Shown here in pieces: positions 29,232-38,109 of a stretch of DNA of 64,000 nucleotides. The position numbers and the translations under genes were made by a program. The stretch is from a virus. Position 1 is the stretch's first letter. Each line of letters opens with the position of its first letter. Under the pieces are notes generated by a model that was not told the DNA's origin, did not search any database, and saw only the letters and a list, made by a program, of their open reading frames with translations. The stretch spans positions 68,594 through 132,593 of IMG/VR virus record IMGVR_UViG_3300009506_000003, one strand, 5' to 3'.

Positions 29232-29840
29232 TTATGACGAAACGTGCGGCAAAGTGTAAACCGACCGGAGGAACTCAGCGTCTTTCTCCGTGATCACGTA
29301 CTGGTCAGGTACGGCTGCAGAGTACATCACGCTGTTCCGAATCCCGTCGTGAGCCAAGCCCAGGCAATGCCCGAGCTCGTGGCAGAAAGCCCTGCCAAGA
29401 ATGGAGTCCGAGTAGGACTCCCACCCAGGCATCAAGTAGATCGCGGCTCGAGCAAGAGCGCCTTCTCCGTCGAGAGCGTACCGGGTGTAGGCCACTGCGT
29501 GCTCGTGCTCATCGAAGTCCAGAGGAGCAGGCATGATGGGAATGACGTGACCATCGGCGGGTACGTCCTGAGGGCCGGCGAAGAGCTGGAGCCCACTCTT
29601 CATATTCCAATATCGGGCGCCCTCTTTCACCGCGTCCAGAATCCTCTGCTCGCCGGCAAGGAGGTCGGTGTCTACGATGAGCATGAGGGGTGGCCAGGTG
29701 ACCTTCCAAGACCTGATGTTCGGCAGGCCGAGCATGTCCAACGCATCTTTGCGTTTCTTGTCCGTGGCGATGCCGTAGATCAGGAGAACGAGGACTACCG
29801 CCCCAAAGACTGCACCCAGCACTATCCAGACGGTGTTCAT
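29232..29840 (-). CDS. Matrixin-like zinc metalloprotease, membrane-anchored
   Basis: HELGHCLGLAH plus SVMY Met-turn; N-terminal transmembrane helix. Confidence 0.85.
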   Translation of the reverse strand: MNTVWIVLGAVFGAVVLVLLIYGIATDKKRKDALDMLGLPNIRSWKVTWPPLMLIVDTDLLAGEQRILDAVKEGARYWNMKSGLQLFAGPQDVPADGHVIPIMPAPLDFDEHEHAVAYTRYALDGEGALARAAIYLMPGWESYSDSILGRAFCHELGHCLGLAHDGIRNSVMYSAAVPDQYVITEKDAEFLRSVYTLPHVSS

Positions 29841-30130
29841 TTGAGTTCCCTACTCCCAATAGACACCGAGGACATGAATTTTGATAACACCTGCCGGTGA
29901 AGATTCTCCACCTCGACGGTGTAGTCATCTGGAGGAATAGGAATGGAGAAGACCTTGCCGTCCGCTGTCATTTCCCCAGGACGGATGAGCTGGCCTTGCC
30001 GAATGACGATCTTCGTCTTTCTTCCATCCACCTTCTTCCGCTCACCGAAGGTTTCCGTGTGCCCCGCTTTGTAGGCGAGCTCGAGCTTCTTGTCGAACTG
30101 ACGCCGATTGCTACCTTTTCCATTCGCCAT
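29837..30130 (-). CDS. Hypothetical protein
   Basis: ATGA coupling to the protease gene. Confidence 0.55.
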   Translation of the reverse strand: MANGKGSNRRQFDKKLELAYKAGHTETFGERKKVDGRKTKIVIRQGQLIRPGEMTADGKVFSIPIPPDDYTVEVENLHRQVLSKFMSSVSIGSRELK

Positions 30131-30343
30131 GGGAGGTCGCCTTTCCCAAGTATTGGTGTGGCGGCGGCCGGGGGCGACCCAACAGGTTGAACCCTCACGG
30201 AGTCGAAATGACCAAGCAAGAACTGTTGGACCCGACCCCGCCACGTGAGCCGTCACCGTACAGGAGAGGGCTGACAAAAATCAACCGCTTGCATTCGGCA
30301 TAAGACCTTTGCAGGCAGAAAACTCTTTGTCCGGAGGTCTTTC

Positions 30344-30439
30344 ATGAAGCAGGTCTACTTCAAGCCAAAAGTCTTGGCGGTCATTTTCGTGTTCGTTGGT
30401 GGTATCCTCGGATTCATGTACGGCTTCTGCACCGTCTGA
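30344..30439 (+). CDS. 31-aa single-pass membrane peptide
   Basis: GGAGG RBS; MKQVYFKPKVLAVIFVFVGGILGFMYGFCTV; ATAAG promoter at 30300. Confidence 0.6.
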   Translation: MKQVYFKPKVLAVIFVFVGGILGFMYGFCTV

Positions 30440-30451
30440 TAGGAGGGAGTC

Positions 30452-30841
30452 ATGCTGGGTTCAGAGGTCCTCAACGAACTGCGCCTGAACCTCCTCGATG
30501 CCATCAAGGAGGGGAAGGTCCTTTTGCTGTTCCACTACAAGGACGGCACTCCCCTGCACGCGGCCATCAGAAGAAAGATCGCCGGCATGGAGAAGATGGT
30601 ACAGGGTGTTGAGATCATCAACGCCGGCGGTACCGCTTACGACGTGTGCGCTGCCATCGACGAGGTGATTGCGGCCATCGAAGACGTCATCAACCTCTCG
30701 CACTGCCAGAACTGCGCGGAGCCAGTCTACGCAGAGCGTGCGGCTTTCATGGGCATGAGGGCAAAGTTCCTGAAGCTCGAGGAGATGATGACGGTTGGGG
30801 AGGTACCGATGAAAGACGAGGGCGACGTTGTCCTCAACTGA
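30452..30841 (+). CDS. Hypothetical protein
   Basis: AGGAGG RBS; followed by a terminator. Confidence 0.7.
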   Translation: MLGSEVLNELRLNLLDAIKEGKVLLLFHYKDGTPLHAAIRRKIAGMEKMVQGVEIINAGGTAYDVCAAIDEVIAAIEDVINLSHCQNCAEPVYAERAAFMGMRAKFLKLEEMMTVGEVPMKDEGDVVLN

Positions 30842-30887
30842 TTTGGAGAGGCCCCGTGAGGGGCCTTTCTTTTACTCGGAGAATCGA

Positions 30888-31520
30888 ATGTCGAATGTGA
30901 AGACGGTCCAGATGGACCCGCCGTGGCCCGAGCAGGGTGCAGGCAAGATCAAGCGTGGCGCCGACAGGCACTACAAGCTCATCAAGAGGCGAGAGGACAT
31001 CTTGAAGGTCATTCTGCAGTCTGGTGTCTGGCCGGATTGGGAGAAGGACGAGAGTGCTCACCTCTACATGTGGGTCACGAACAACTACCTCGAGTGGGGA
31101 CTGTGGCTCATGGATGCCTTGGGGTTCACCTACAAGACGAACGTCGTCTGGGTGAAGACCAAAGCCGACTGGCCCGACATCATCGACGAGCTCATCGACG
31201 AGAATGGTGGGCTCACTCTGAACCCGCTGACCTGGATGAAGATCTTGGCGGCGGCCATCCGTATCGGCATCGGCCAGTACTTCCGTGGCAGCCACGAGCT
31301 CTGCCTCTTCGGGGTGCGGGGCAAGGCCATGATGCCGAAGAAGGCCCTCCCTTCTGTCTTCCATGCTCCTCGAGAGAAGGGTGAGGACGGCAAGGAGAAG
31401 CACTCCAAGAAGCCGACCCGTGCGTACGAGATCATCGAGGCTACAAGCCCAGGACCTTACCTCGAGATCTTCGCACGGTCAGAACGCAAGAACTGGGCAT
31501 CCTGGGGAAACGAAATCTGA
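30888..31520 (+). CDS. MT-A70 family adenine methyltransferase
   Basis: DPPW, LYMWVTN, WVK, GQYFRGSHELCLFG, HSKKP, LEIFAR and WGNE motifs. Confidence 0.9.
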   Translation: MSNVKTVQMDPPWPEQGAGKIKRGADRHYKLIKRREDILKVILQSGVWPDWEKDESAHLYMWVTNNYLEWGLWLMDALGFTYKTNVVWVKTKADWPDIIDELIDENGGLTLNPLTWMKILAAAIRIGIGQYFRGSHELCLFGVRGKAMMPKKALPSVFHAPREKGEDGKEKHSKKPTRAYEIIEATSPGPYLEIFARSERKNWASWGNEI

Positions 31521-31521
31521 C

Positions 31522-31815
31522 ATGAACCACAAGTGGAAAAAACTCGGGGGAAGGTCTGTCAAAGCAGAACTCGGTCGAAAGGTATGTGTGAACTGCAAAC
31601 TTCAGTGGAGGCGCATTCGTTGCGGGGGCGCGGAACCACACAAAGGATGGACTGAATCTCAGTACCGGTCGGGTAAAGGTACCTGGCAAAGGTACCCCAG
31701 CGGCAAAGTGCCTCCTTGCAACCACTGTAGGGAGTGCCCGACCTGCAACGGTACAGGTCTCATCACTAGAGAGAAGCACTTGGAGATGAAGTTGGAGGCG
31801 AAGAATGCCACGTAG
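31522..31815 (+). CDS. Cys-rich hypothetical protein
   Basis: Packed ORF. Confidence 0.5.
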   Translation: MNHKWKKLGGRSVKAELGRKVCVNCKLQWRRIRCGGAEPHKGWTESQYRSGKGTWQRYPSGKVPPCNHCRECPTCNGTGLITREKHLEMKLEAKNAT

Positions 31816-32029
31816 GCCAGCAGTCATCATCGAAGAGGCCGACTGCACCTTGTGCCGCGGCAAGAACAAGATCGTGACCGGGCGCGTCGCCGGCGACAGC
31901 GGCGGGTACCGGCTCACGGAAGGGTGCAAGGCCACCTTCGGAGTCAACTGGCGGCGTGTCACCGACCGCAAAGCTCGAGCACCCTGGGTGAAGAAGTACT
32001 GGGAGCTCGTGGAGGAAAGAGGGCAATGA
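31805..32029 (+). CDS. Hypothetical protein
   Basis: GGAGG RBS. Confidence 0.6.
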   Translation: MPRRPAVIIEEADCTLCRGKNKIVTGRVAGDSGGYRLTEGCKATFGVNWRRVTDRKARAPWVKKYWELVEERGQ

Positions 32030-32205
32030 CTCTCGAGGACATCAGAGACCGAATTGCTGACGTCATGAAGTGGAAGCGGGAAGACGTTGACAAGTTCAGC
32101 CTCCCCACGCTTCGCGCCTTCGTCAGAGGGAAAGACAAAAACTTGGACAGGATCCTGACCGACGTCATCGACTCTGGGCAGCACCTGTTCATCAAGGAGA
32201 GATGA
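32026..32205 (+). CDS. Hypothetical protein
   Basis: Coupled ORF. Confidence 0.6.
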   Translation: MTLEDIRDRIADVMKWKREDVDKFSLPTLRAFVRGKDKNLDRILTDVIDSGQHLFIKER

Positions 32206-32426
32206 TGGAGACATTCCTGACACCTGTTGAGCTCACGAGGCTCGACGCCATTCGGTACGCCAAGGAGCGCACCGAGCGCGACGGCAGAACTTTCGTTGCC
32301 CGGACTGATGGGCACAAGTTCTACGTCGTCCCTCTCTATGAGGCCGGGTCTGAAGAGCCTGGGAGGTTCCCCAAGATTGACGCTGGCTACGCAGCCATCG
32401 GAACTCTCTTGGAGGACAAGCCATGA
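32202..32426 (+). CDS. Hypothetical protein
   Basis: Coupled ORF. Confidence 0.6.
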   Translation: MMETFLTPVELTRLDAIRYAKERTERDGRTFVARTDGHKFYVVPLYEAGSEEPGRFPKIDAGYAAIGTLLEDKP

Positions 32427-32626
32427 GGCACTTCGTCGTCGCTCTGGACGAGGCTGGGAGCCCCATCCGGAACATGGACATCACCACTACAGATGGCGAG
32501 CCAAAAGACTCCACAGAGGACCACCAAGAGGCCCTCACTTTTTGTGGGATGCTGAACCACTACTACGAGCACGGCGAACTGCTGGACGGCAGAGTCGTTG
32601 GCGGGTATGAAGTGGTGTCTGAGTAG
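32423..32626 (+). CDS. Hypothetical protein
   Basis: GGAGG RBS; coupled. Confidence 0.6.
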   Translation: MRHFVVALDEAGSPIRNMDITTTDGEPKDSTEDHQEALTFCGMLNHYYEHGELLDGRVVGGYEVVSE

Positions 32627-32633
32627 TTCACAC

Positions 32634-32995
32634 GGGCCCGACAGGTTTCGACGTGGACACGGAAGGAAGTGGGAGCGTGCCGCTGATGTATCGCAACAGC
32701 GTCAAAAAGCGATGCAACCTTCAACTGCCAACGACAACGTTGAGCAGGTCGCCCAGCGCCTCGCGGCGTAACAGCGACACCGAGAGCAGACGCCTGCTAT
32801 GCTCTCGGCGCCAAAAGCAGGATGCTGTCTTCATGAGGATGTCCGTCTTCGCATGAGGGCTCAAGACCAAACGGCTGGACAAGGGGTGTCGACCTGTCGG
32901 CGGGTACGGCGCACCGATAAAGAACACCGAATACGCACGTAGAGCTCACTCTGGAAGGTTTGCGGACCCCGGTTCGATTCCGGGCGGGTCCACCA
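32634..32995 (+). ncRNA. ssrA: tmRNA
   Basis: 5' GGGCCCGACAGGTTTCGAC; 3' T-arm GGTTCGATTCC and CGGGTCCACCA with G3-U70; tag frame 32727-32771 ANDNVEQVAQRLAA*. Confidence 0.95.
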
Positions 32996-33003
32996 TTCGA
33001 AGT

Positions 33004-33330
33004 TTGCTGAGGCGCATGAGAAGTCGGGTAGCAACCGGCTCGAAATCCTGGATAACCGTTGCTCTCTAAAGACGCGGCATCCCAGGCACTCAGCAATGCT
33101 CGAGGAAGTGAGATGGGCAGGCAGCGAGGGTGAGGTTCCGACCTTCGTCACTCCCAGGGCGGGAAAAGGCCAAGACCGAGAGCGAGGTGTACCTCAACAC
33201 CGTTCGAGCTCCGACAAGTGACCAGACCACCAGAAGGCAAGCCCTGGCCTCGAGCCAATTCTATGGCCTGCCCCGAGGACATACTGGCGAGCGCAGCAGC
33301 GCTCGTTCGTCGCCAACCTCGGGGCGGGCC
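33004..33330 (+). ncRNA. Unassigned structured RNA region downstream of tmRNA
   Basis: Three consecutive closed domains: TTGCTGAG/CTCAGCAA, GCTCGAGG/CCTCGAGC and GGCCTGCCCCGAGG/CCTCGGGGCGGGCC; no convincing ORF. Confidence 0.5.
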
Positions 33331-33352
33331 ACCCTTTCATCGGAGGAATAGC

Positions 33353-33577
33353 ATGGGGGATCCCCTACCGACGGGCTGCCGTGCCCGTTACGAAGCAATC
33401 TATGAGAAGGCCAACATCCTTCTCGACCAGTTCTACTACGGCAACCGAAAGCGCGTGCAGGAGGAGCTCTCTGAGCTTCCTCCTCTCGCTGCCGCCGCAG
33501 TCGTGACAATCATGCTGCGGGCAGCTCAACCTGAAACCCAAAAGTTGCTGGAGCAGTGGCTCCGGGAGGTGGCGTGA
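33353..33577 (+). CDS. Hypothetical protein
   Basis: GGAGG RBS. Confidence 0.6.
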   Translation: MGDPLPTGCRARYEAIYEKANILLDQFYYGNRKRVQEELSELPPLAAAAVVTIMLRAAQPETQKLLEQWLREVA

Positions 33578-33771
33578 TGCCGATCTACGATGTCGTTACG
33601 TCCTTCGGCGTGATCCAGTACGAAGCTGACAACATCAAGGAAGCGCGGACATGGGCGAAGAAAGCTCACAAGGTGGGCCCAAGCTCAGTGTCTCGACAAG
33701 TCAACTACAAGCACTGCGAGCAGTGTGACTGCAAACCATGCTGCTGCCCAGAAAGGAAACCAGATGCCTAG
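33577..33771 (+). CDS. Hypothetical protein
   Basis: Coupled ORF. Confidence 0.6.
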   Translation: MPIYDVVTSFGVIQYEADNIKEARTWAKKAHKVGPSSVSRQVNYKHCEQCDCKPCCCPERKPDA

Positions 33772-33949
33772 CCCCACCACAAAGAACAGTCTCTGGCCCG
33801 AGCCCGTCGAGGAAGAACCCAGCATTGAACAGCTCCAAGAGTGGTCCTTCGATGGGATTGCAGAAGCCACCGACGGTTGCAGAGTTGAGCCCGATGGCGT
33901 TTGCGAGCACGGGTACCCCTCATGGCTCATTCATCTGGGGGTGATCTGA
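33764..33949 (+). CDS. Conserved small phage protein
   Basis: EATDGCRVEPDGVCEHGYPSWL pattern. Confidence 0.65.
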   Translation: MPSPTTKNSLWPEPVEEEPSIEQLQEWSFDGIAEATDGCRVEPDGVCEHGYPSWLIHLGVI

Positions 33950-34173
33950 TGCCGAAGATTCACGAGAGGGAAAGCCTTGTCAAAAGCGCCGAGCTGCAGC
34001 TCAGGGAAGCCATCGTCGAGATGATGAAGAGCTGGGACCTGACCACGTTCGAGACTATCCAGGTCTTCAACAAGGTCATGTCCGAGGAGATCGCGTCGGT
34101 CGTGAAGTACCAGATCCGCTTTGAACGTCACGGCAACTACGACACCCCAGGAGGGTGGGCAAAGGGGGAGTGA
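33949..34173 (+). CDS. Hypothetical protein
   Basis: Coupled ORF. Confidence 0.6.
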   Translation: MPKIHERESLVKSAELQLREAIVEMMKSWDLTTFETIQVFNKVMSEEIASVVKYQIRFERHGNYDTPGGWAKGE

Positions 34174-35123
34174 TGAGATCCATCGACAGCCTGGACGGGA
34201 CGAAGCGCCCGCATGGTACGCGCTCTCGTTACGTCTCCGGCTGCCGGTGCGGTGAGTGCAAAGAAGCCAACCGACTGGCGTACCATGAACGTCAGCAACG
34301 CGCGAAGGAGGCCGCTGCCGAAATCACCGAGACCAAAGAGGGCGCCCCTCAGCAATGGACGGACCCTCGGACTGGGAAGACCTACACGCGCATCTACAAG
34401 CGGGCGTGCCCGGGGGTGAACGGAGACCCGTGCGAGTGGGGCTCTCATCTTCGCTCGGATTCGAAAGGCAGCGTGTGTGGTCGATGTCGGCTCAAACTCA
34501 CATGGAACGGCCTCGTTCCTTCTGACCGGGCTCGGGACCACATCCATGCACTCAGTCGCCGCGGGGTAGGGTACAAGCAGGTAGCGGACGCCGCCGGCGT
34601 CGCCGAGTCCATTGTGGCCAAGATCCGTTCCGGGGAGCGAAAGAACATCCGGGCCCAAGCGGAGAAGAGGATCCTGGAGGTGGACATCGGTGCTCGAGCA
34701 GACCACGCTCTGGTACCGGCCGGTCCCTCGTGGAAGCTCCTCAACAAGCTCCTCAAGAAGTACTCCAAGGCGGAGCTCGCCCGCCGGCTCGGGTCCGAGG
34801 CCAAGAACCCAGCCCTGCAGGTGTCGAAGAAAGAAGTGACGGTCAAGAAGGCCCACCAGATTCAGAAGCTCTACAACGATTGCATGGAAGAGCAGAAGTT
34901 CATCGACACCTACGTTCCCATCTGTACTCGATGTGGCTACTCGCACAAGAAGCCGGAACGTCTGGCTCGACTCAAGAGAGCACTGCCGGCAAGGGCGCAC
35001 GACATCAGGGACTGGTGGCCGTGCACCTACGGTATCCACCCTGACCCAGTTGGGGAGAGACGGCTCTACCGAGACCTTCACGATCTCGGCGCCGTGTTGG
35101 TGAATGGCATCTGGAGGCTCTGA
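34173..35123 (+). CDS. Zn-finger/HTH DNA-binding protein
   Basis: HGT...Y..GCRC.EC; Cro/XRE-like HTH GYKQVADAAGVAESIVAKIRSG. Confidence 0.7.
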   Translation: MRSIDSLDGTKRPHGTRSRYVSGCRCGECKEANRLAYHERQQRAKEAAAEITETKEGAPQQWTDPRTGKTYTRIYKRACPGVNGDPCEWGSHLRSDSKGSVCGRCRLKLTWNGLVPSDRARDHIHALSRRGVGYKQVADAAGVAESIVAKIRSGERKNIRAQAEKRILEVDIGARADHALVPAGPSWKLLNKLLKKYSKAELARRLGSEAKNPALQVSKKEVTVKKAHQIQKLYNDCMEEQKFIDTYVPICTRCGYSHKKPERLARLKRALPARAHDIRDWWPCTYGIHPDPVGERRLYRDLHDLGAVLVNGIWRL

Positions 35124-35199
35124 AAAGGGGTAACGCTTTTTGGCATAAGGGTAATGTCGGAAAGCAATTACCTCAAAGCTCAAAGGCAGGAGAGAAGAC

Positions 35200-35748
35200 A
35201 TGTCCGAAATCACAATCACAGAGGCACTAGCCGAGATCAAAACCATCGGCAAGCGCCTCTCGAAGCGTCGCCAGTTCGTCATGGACCATCTGGTCCGAGT
35301 CGACCGGATGAAGGATCCGCACGAGGACAAAGGCGGCTCCAAGAAGGTCATCGAGCAGGAGCTCCAGGGCATCAAAGACCTGGAGGGCCGCATCGTTGGC
35401 ATTCGGTCGGCCATCAACAAGGCCAACCAGACGACCGAGCTCACCATCGGCAAGATCACCCGCAGCATCGCGGACTGGATCATCTGGCGGCGGGAGGTGT
35501 CCGCCGGCGAGAAGCAGTTCCTCAGCGTGATGCGGGAGGCCATCAACAAGACCCGGGGCCAGCGCATCGGCCTCCAGATGCCCATCCGGGCGGCGGGGTC
35601 GCCAGCCGACATCCAGGAGTCGGGGTTCGAGATCAACCTCGACGAGAAGCACCTGGCCGAGGACATCGAGGCCATCGAAGAGGTCCTGGGATCTCTGGAC
35701 GGGAAGCTGTCGCTCTTGAACGCGACAACGACCATCCAAGTGGAGTAG
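35200..35748 (+). CDS. DIP1984-like coiled-coil protein
   Basis: ITITEALAEIK...IRSAINKANQTT...SIADWI.WR...LDGKLSLLNATTTI pattern recognised from memory; own ATAAG promoter at 35145. Confidence 0.65.
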   Translation: MSEITITEALAEIKTIGKRLSKRRQFVMDHLVRVDRMKDPHEDKGGSKKVIEQELQGIKDLEGRIVGIRSAINKANQTTELTIGKITRSIADWIIWRREVSAGEKQFLSVMREAINKTRGQRIGLQMPIRAAGSPADIQESGFEINLDEKHLAEDIEAIEEVLGSLDGKLSLLNATTTIQVE

Positions 35749-35757
35749 ACTCAAGTT

Positions 35758-36041
35758 GCCTTCAACAGCGAAGCGGGAAAAGGATCGGCAACCAACAAGC
35801 AACGGACTACTAATCCGTGACGCTTGGCTTTGGAAGAGCCAAACAACATGAAAGCTCAGAGGTCATCAAGCTCAAAGCTCACCCCCGTGGAGGCGAGGTT
35901 CGCCTGCGAAGCGGGTCAAGAAAGCTCAATGCTCAGGCCTCAAAGCTACATGAAATCCGTCATCACCCTGACCCCGGCGGAGACGTCGGGGAAGCGCGTG
36001 TCGTTCAGCGTGTCCCCAGGTGGCGGCTGCTGACTGGAGGC
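35758..36041 (+). ncRNA. Candidate structured RNA with NNGCTCA heptamer repeats
   Basis: Closing helix GCCTTCA-A-CAGC / GCTG-AC-TGGAGGC; two tracts of heptamers; terminator follows. Confidence 0.55.
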
Positions 36042-36053
36042 TTCTCTTCAAGC

Positions 36054-36093
36054 ACCCGGGACTCACTTCGTGTGGGTCTCGGGTGTTTTTTTA
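36054..36093 (+). terminator. Intrinsic terminator
   Basis: CACCCGGGACTCAC ... GTGGGTCTCGGGTG followed by T7. Confidence 0.8.
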
Positions 36094-36143
36094 CCCACGC
36101 GACGGGATACGTGATTTTGAGAACCGCTACGTGGGCACTCTCG

Positions 36144-36362
36144 TTATCCTACATCCCCTTCAAGCATGTCTGCTGCCTCCTCTGAGGACAGCTCTCCGAG
36201 CTGGACCATGAGCTCGATGGTCTGGTGGGACGCCATCTGCCATCCCAGGCACCCTTCCTCTCCACACTTGCAGTGTACCGCATGGAGGCCGAGAGAGCGC
36301 AGGGTTTGGGTCGTCATTCCTGACCGCCGCGCGTAGGCTCTCTCGAACTCTTCCTTGGTCAC
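36144..36362 (-). CDS. Hypothetical protein
   Basis: GTG start coupled to the upstream stop; GGAGG RBS. Confidence 0.55.
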   Translation of the reverse strand: MTKEEFERAYARRSGMTTQTLRSLGLHAVHCKCGEEGCLGWQMASHQTIELMVQLGELSSEEAADMLEGDVG

Positions 36363-36682
36363 TGAACTTCCTCCAGGCGCTTGATCACAGCTTCCGCGGC
36401 TGACTTGTGCGCTGCATGGAGAGCGCAGCAATGCTCTTCGGTCTGGCAGGAGTGCGGGGTGTTCCTGATGATGTGCTCGAGGTCCCGGCTCAGCTCTTTG
36501 GCCAGCTCCTTCCGCGCTTCGGACTTGAGCTGGTCGAGGAAAGGTACCAGAGCGTCGAAGAGCTCTTTGGTCAGGGCTCTGGCCTTCTCATGGTCCGCCC
36601 CTCGCTCCCCTCGGATGTAGAGCTTCGAGTGGAAGGGGAACCAGTTGATGAACCTCTCTGCCCAGTGGAGCTGCACTTTCAT
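36359..36682 (-). CDS. Hypothetical protein
   Basis: Coupled ORF. Confidence 0.6.
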   Translation of the reverse strand: MKVQLHWAERFINWFPFHSKLYIRGERGADHEKARALTKELFDALVPFLDQLKSEARKELAKELSRDLEHIIRNTPHSCQTEEHCCALHAAHKSAAEAVIKRLEEVQ

Positions 36683-37026
36683 AGGACGCCCTCCAATCTC
36701 TCAGCGAGGTCTTCTGCATCGCCTTTGATGATGTACCCGTCCGCCCCCGAGTCTTGGACCGCTCGAGCGAGCTTGTCAACGGAGCTGTTCGAGAAGAGGT
36801 ACACCCTGGGCGCCGGGCGGTGCTTCTTGATGAGCTTGACGAGCTCGGAGCCATCCATGGCCGGCATGTGAAGGTCGACCAGCACGACGTCAGGCTTCTC
36901 CCGTAGGACGAGCGCAGACGTCCCGAAGGGCGTTCTGGTAGTGATCACCTCGTGCCCCATGCCTTCAATCACCATCTGGGCGCACGTCAGCATCACGTGC
37001 GAATCGTCGACGATGAGGACCTTCAT
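36679..37026 (-). CDS. Stand-alone response regulator receiver (CheY-like)
   Basis: MKVLIVDDS...PDVVLVDLHMPAMDG...LFS...GADGYIIK. Confidence 0.9.
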   Translation of the reverse strand: MKVLIVDDSHVMLTCAQMVIEGMGHEVITTRTPFGTSALVLREKPDVVLVDLHMPAMDGSELVKLIKKHRPAPRVYLFSNSSVDKLARAVQDSGADGYIIKGDAEDLAERLEGVL

Positions 37027-37217
37027 CGCTTGGCCGCGCACGCCTTGTGCGCAATCCCCTCCCGAGGGAAGAGGCAGTAGTGATGCTGCCCCGCCATCGT
37101 GCTGACCGGGCGTCCACAGATGATGCACGGCGCCGAAGACTTCGAGCGGTCAACGAGAGGCCGCCGGCGATTGCCCTCACGGCCTGGTTTCGTTCTGGGT
37201 GCCTTGGTGTCCATCAT
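37023..37217 (-). CDS. Hypothetical protein
   Basis: GGAGG RBS; coupled. Confidence 0.5.
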   Translation of the reverse strand: MMDTKAPRTKPGREGNRRRPLVDRSKSSAPCIICGRPVSTMAGQHHYCLFPREGIAHKACAAKR

Positions 37218-37543
37218 ATCCTCCGGAAGTTCCTGGTGGCCGTCGCCGTTCGCCGGCGCGTCGGCCGTTTTGCTCGAGCAACAGTTGGTACCGGCACAGG
37301 AGCTGGTGTGAGCTGGTGCAGGTTGGTGCTGAGCCACCCGACCGCCTCCAAGCTCTCCGCGCGTCGAAGCTCTCTCGTGATCGCCTTGAGCTCCTCTTCC
37401 TCATCCGGCGGGGGCGCCGGCGACCGAGGCAGTGAGGTGGTCGAGTACGTAGGGGTGCTGTTGACATAGATCGTGACCGTCGCGGTACCGTCGCCGGTCA
37501 AGTCACCGTTACCAAATGAATAGAATGGAGGGATCGCCGCCAT
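37214..37543 (-). CDS. Hypothetical protein
   Basis: ORF track. Confidence 0.45.
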   Translation of the reverse strand: MAAIPPFYSFGNGDLTGDGTATVTIYVNSTPTYSTTSLPRSPAPPPDEEEELKAITRELRRAESLEAVGWLSTNLHQLTPAPVPVPTVARAKRPTRRRTATATRNFRRI

Positions 37544-37598
37544 GGCGATCACTTTACTTGTCACAACGGGTGCGTGTCACCCATCTCAGGAGAAAGTC

Positions 37599-38003
37599 AT
37601 GAAGAAACTCATCATCCTTCGGGGTCTGCCTGGTTCCGGGAAGTCCCGTCTCGCTCTTCAACACGAAGGGGCAGTCATCTGCTCTGCCGACCACCACTTC
37701 GAGAAGGAGGACGGCACCTACGACTTCAACCCCGCCGAGCTCGGCCGCGCGCACATGCTCTGCCAGTTCAAGGCGCTCGACGCGATGTCCTCTGGGGCGC
37801 CCGTGGTGGTCATCGACAACACCAACGTGCGCCACTGGGAGTACCTCATCTACCAGAGGATGGGAGACGTCTTCGGGTACCAGCAGGAGGTCCTGCCTGT
37901 CGGCGGCCGGTCCTACGACGACGTGCGTGAGTACGCCGCTCGCAACGTCCACGGGGTCCCCGAGATGAAGATCCTCGAGATGGCCTACCGATGGGAAGAG
38001 TGA
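37599..38003 (+). CDS. P-loop kinase (AAA_33 / polynucleotide kinase-like)
   Basis: LIILRGLPGSGKS, ICSAD.HF, VIDNTN, RNVHGVP. Confidence 0.85.
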   Translation: MKKLIILRGLPGSGKSRLALQHEGAVICSADHHFEKEDGTYDFNPAELGRAHMLCQFKALDAMSSGAPVVVIDNTNVRHWEYLIYQRMGDVFGYQQEVLPVGGRSYDDVREYAARNVHGVPEMKILEMAYRWEE

Positions 38004-38109
38004 GGGGTTGCTGCCCGTCCCTCCTATTGGATGTCCGCTTTTCGACACACCCTCCTCTGTGGAGGTTGCATGCTGCTCCCCCCTTTCGGTCGCCACGCAG
38101 GATAGGAGG

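Noticed and set aside
33015-33056. Possible hammerhead ribozyme (TGAGA...stem...CGAAA)
   Set aside because: The core lacks CUGANGA (no C3-G8 pair), and stems I/III could not be built convincingly
33100-33255. Possible RNase P RNA (GAGGAAG)
   Set aside because: No GAGGAAAGUCC and no 3' P4 partner; too short
34137-35735. Long antisense ORFs in the track (e.g. 532 aa here, 480 aa at 4560-6002)
   Set aside because: Shadow ORFs opposite well-supported genes; typical of high-GC codon bias
35852-35949. CRISPR array
   Set aside because: Repeats are 7 nt, tandem and without spacers; no cas genes in the window
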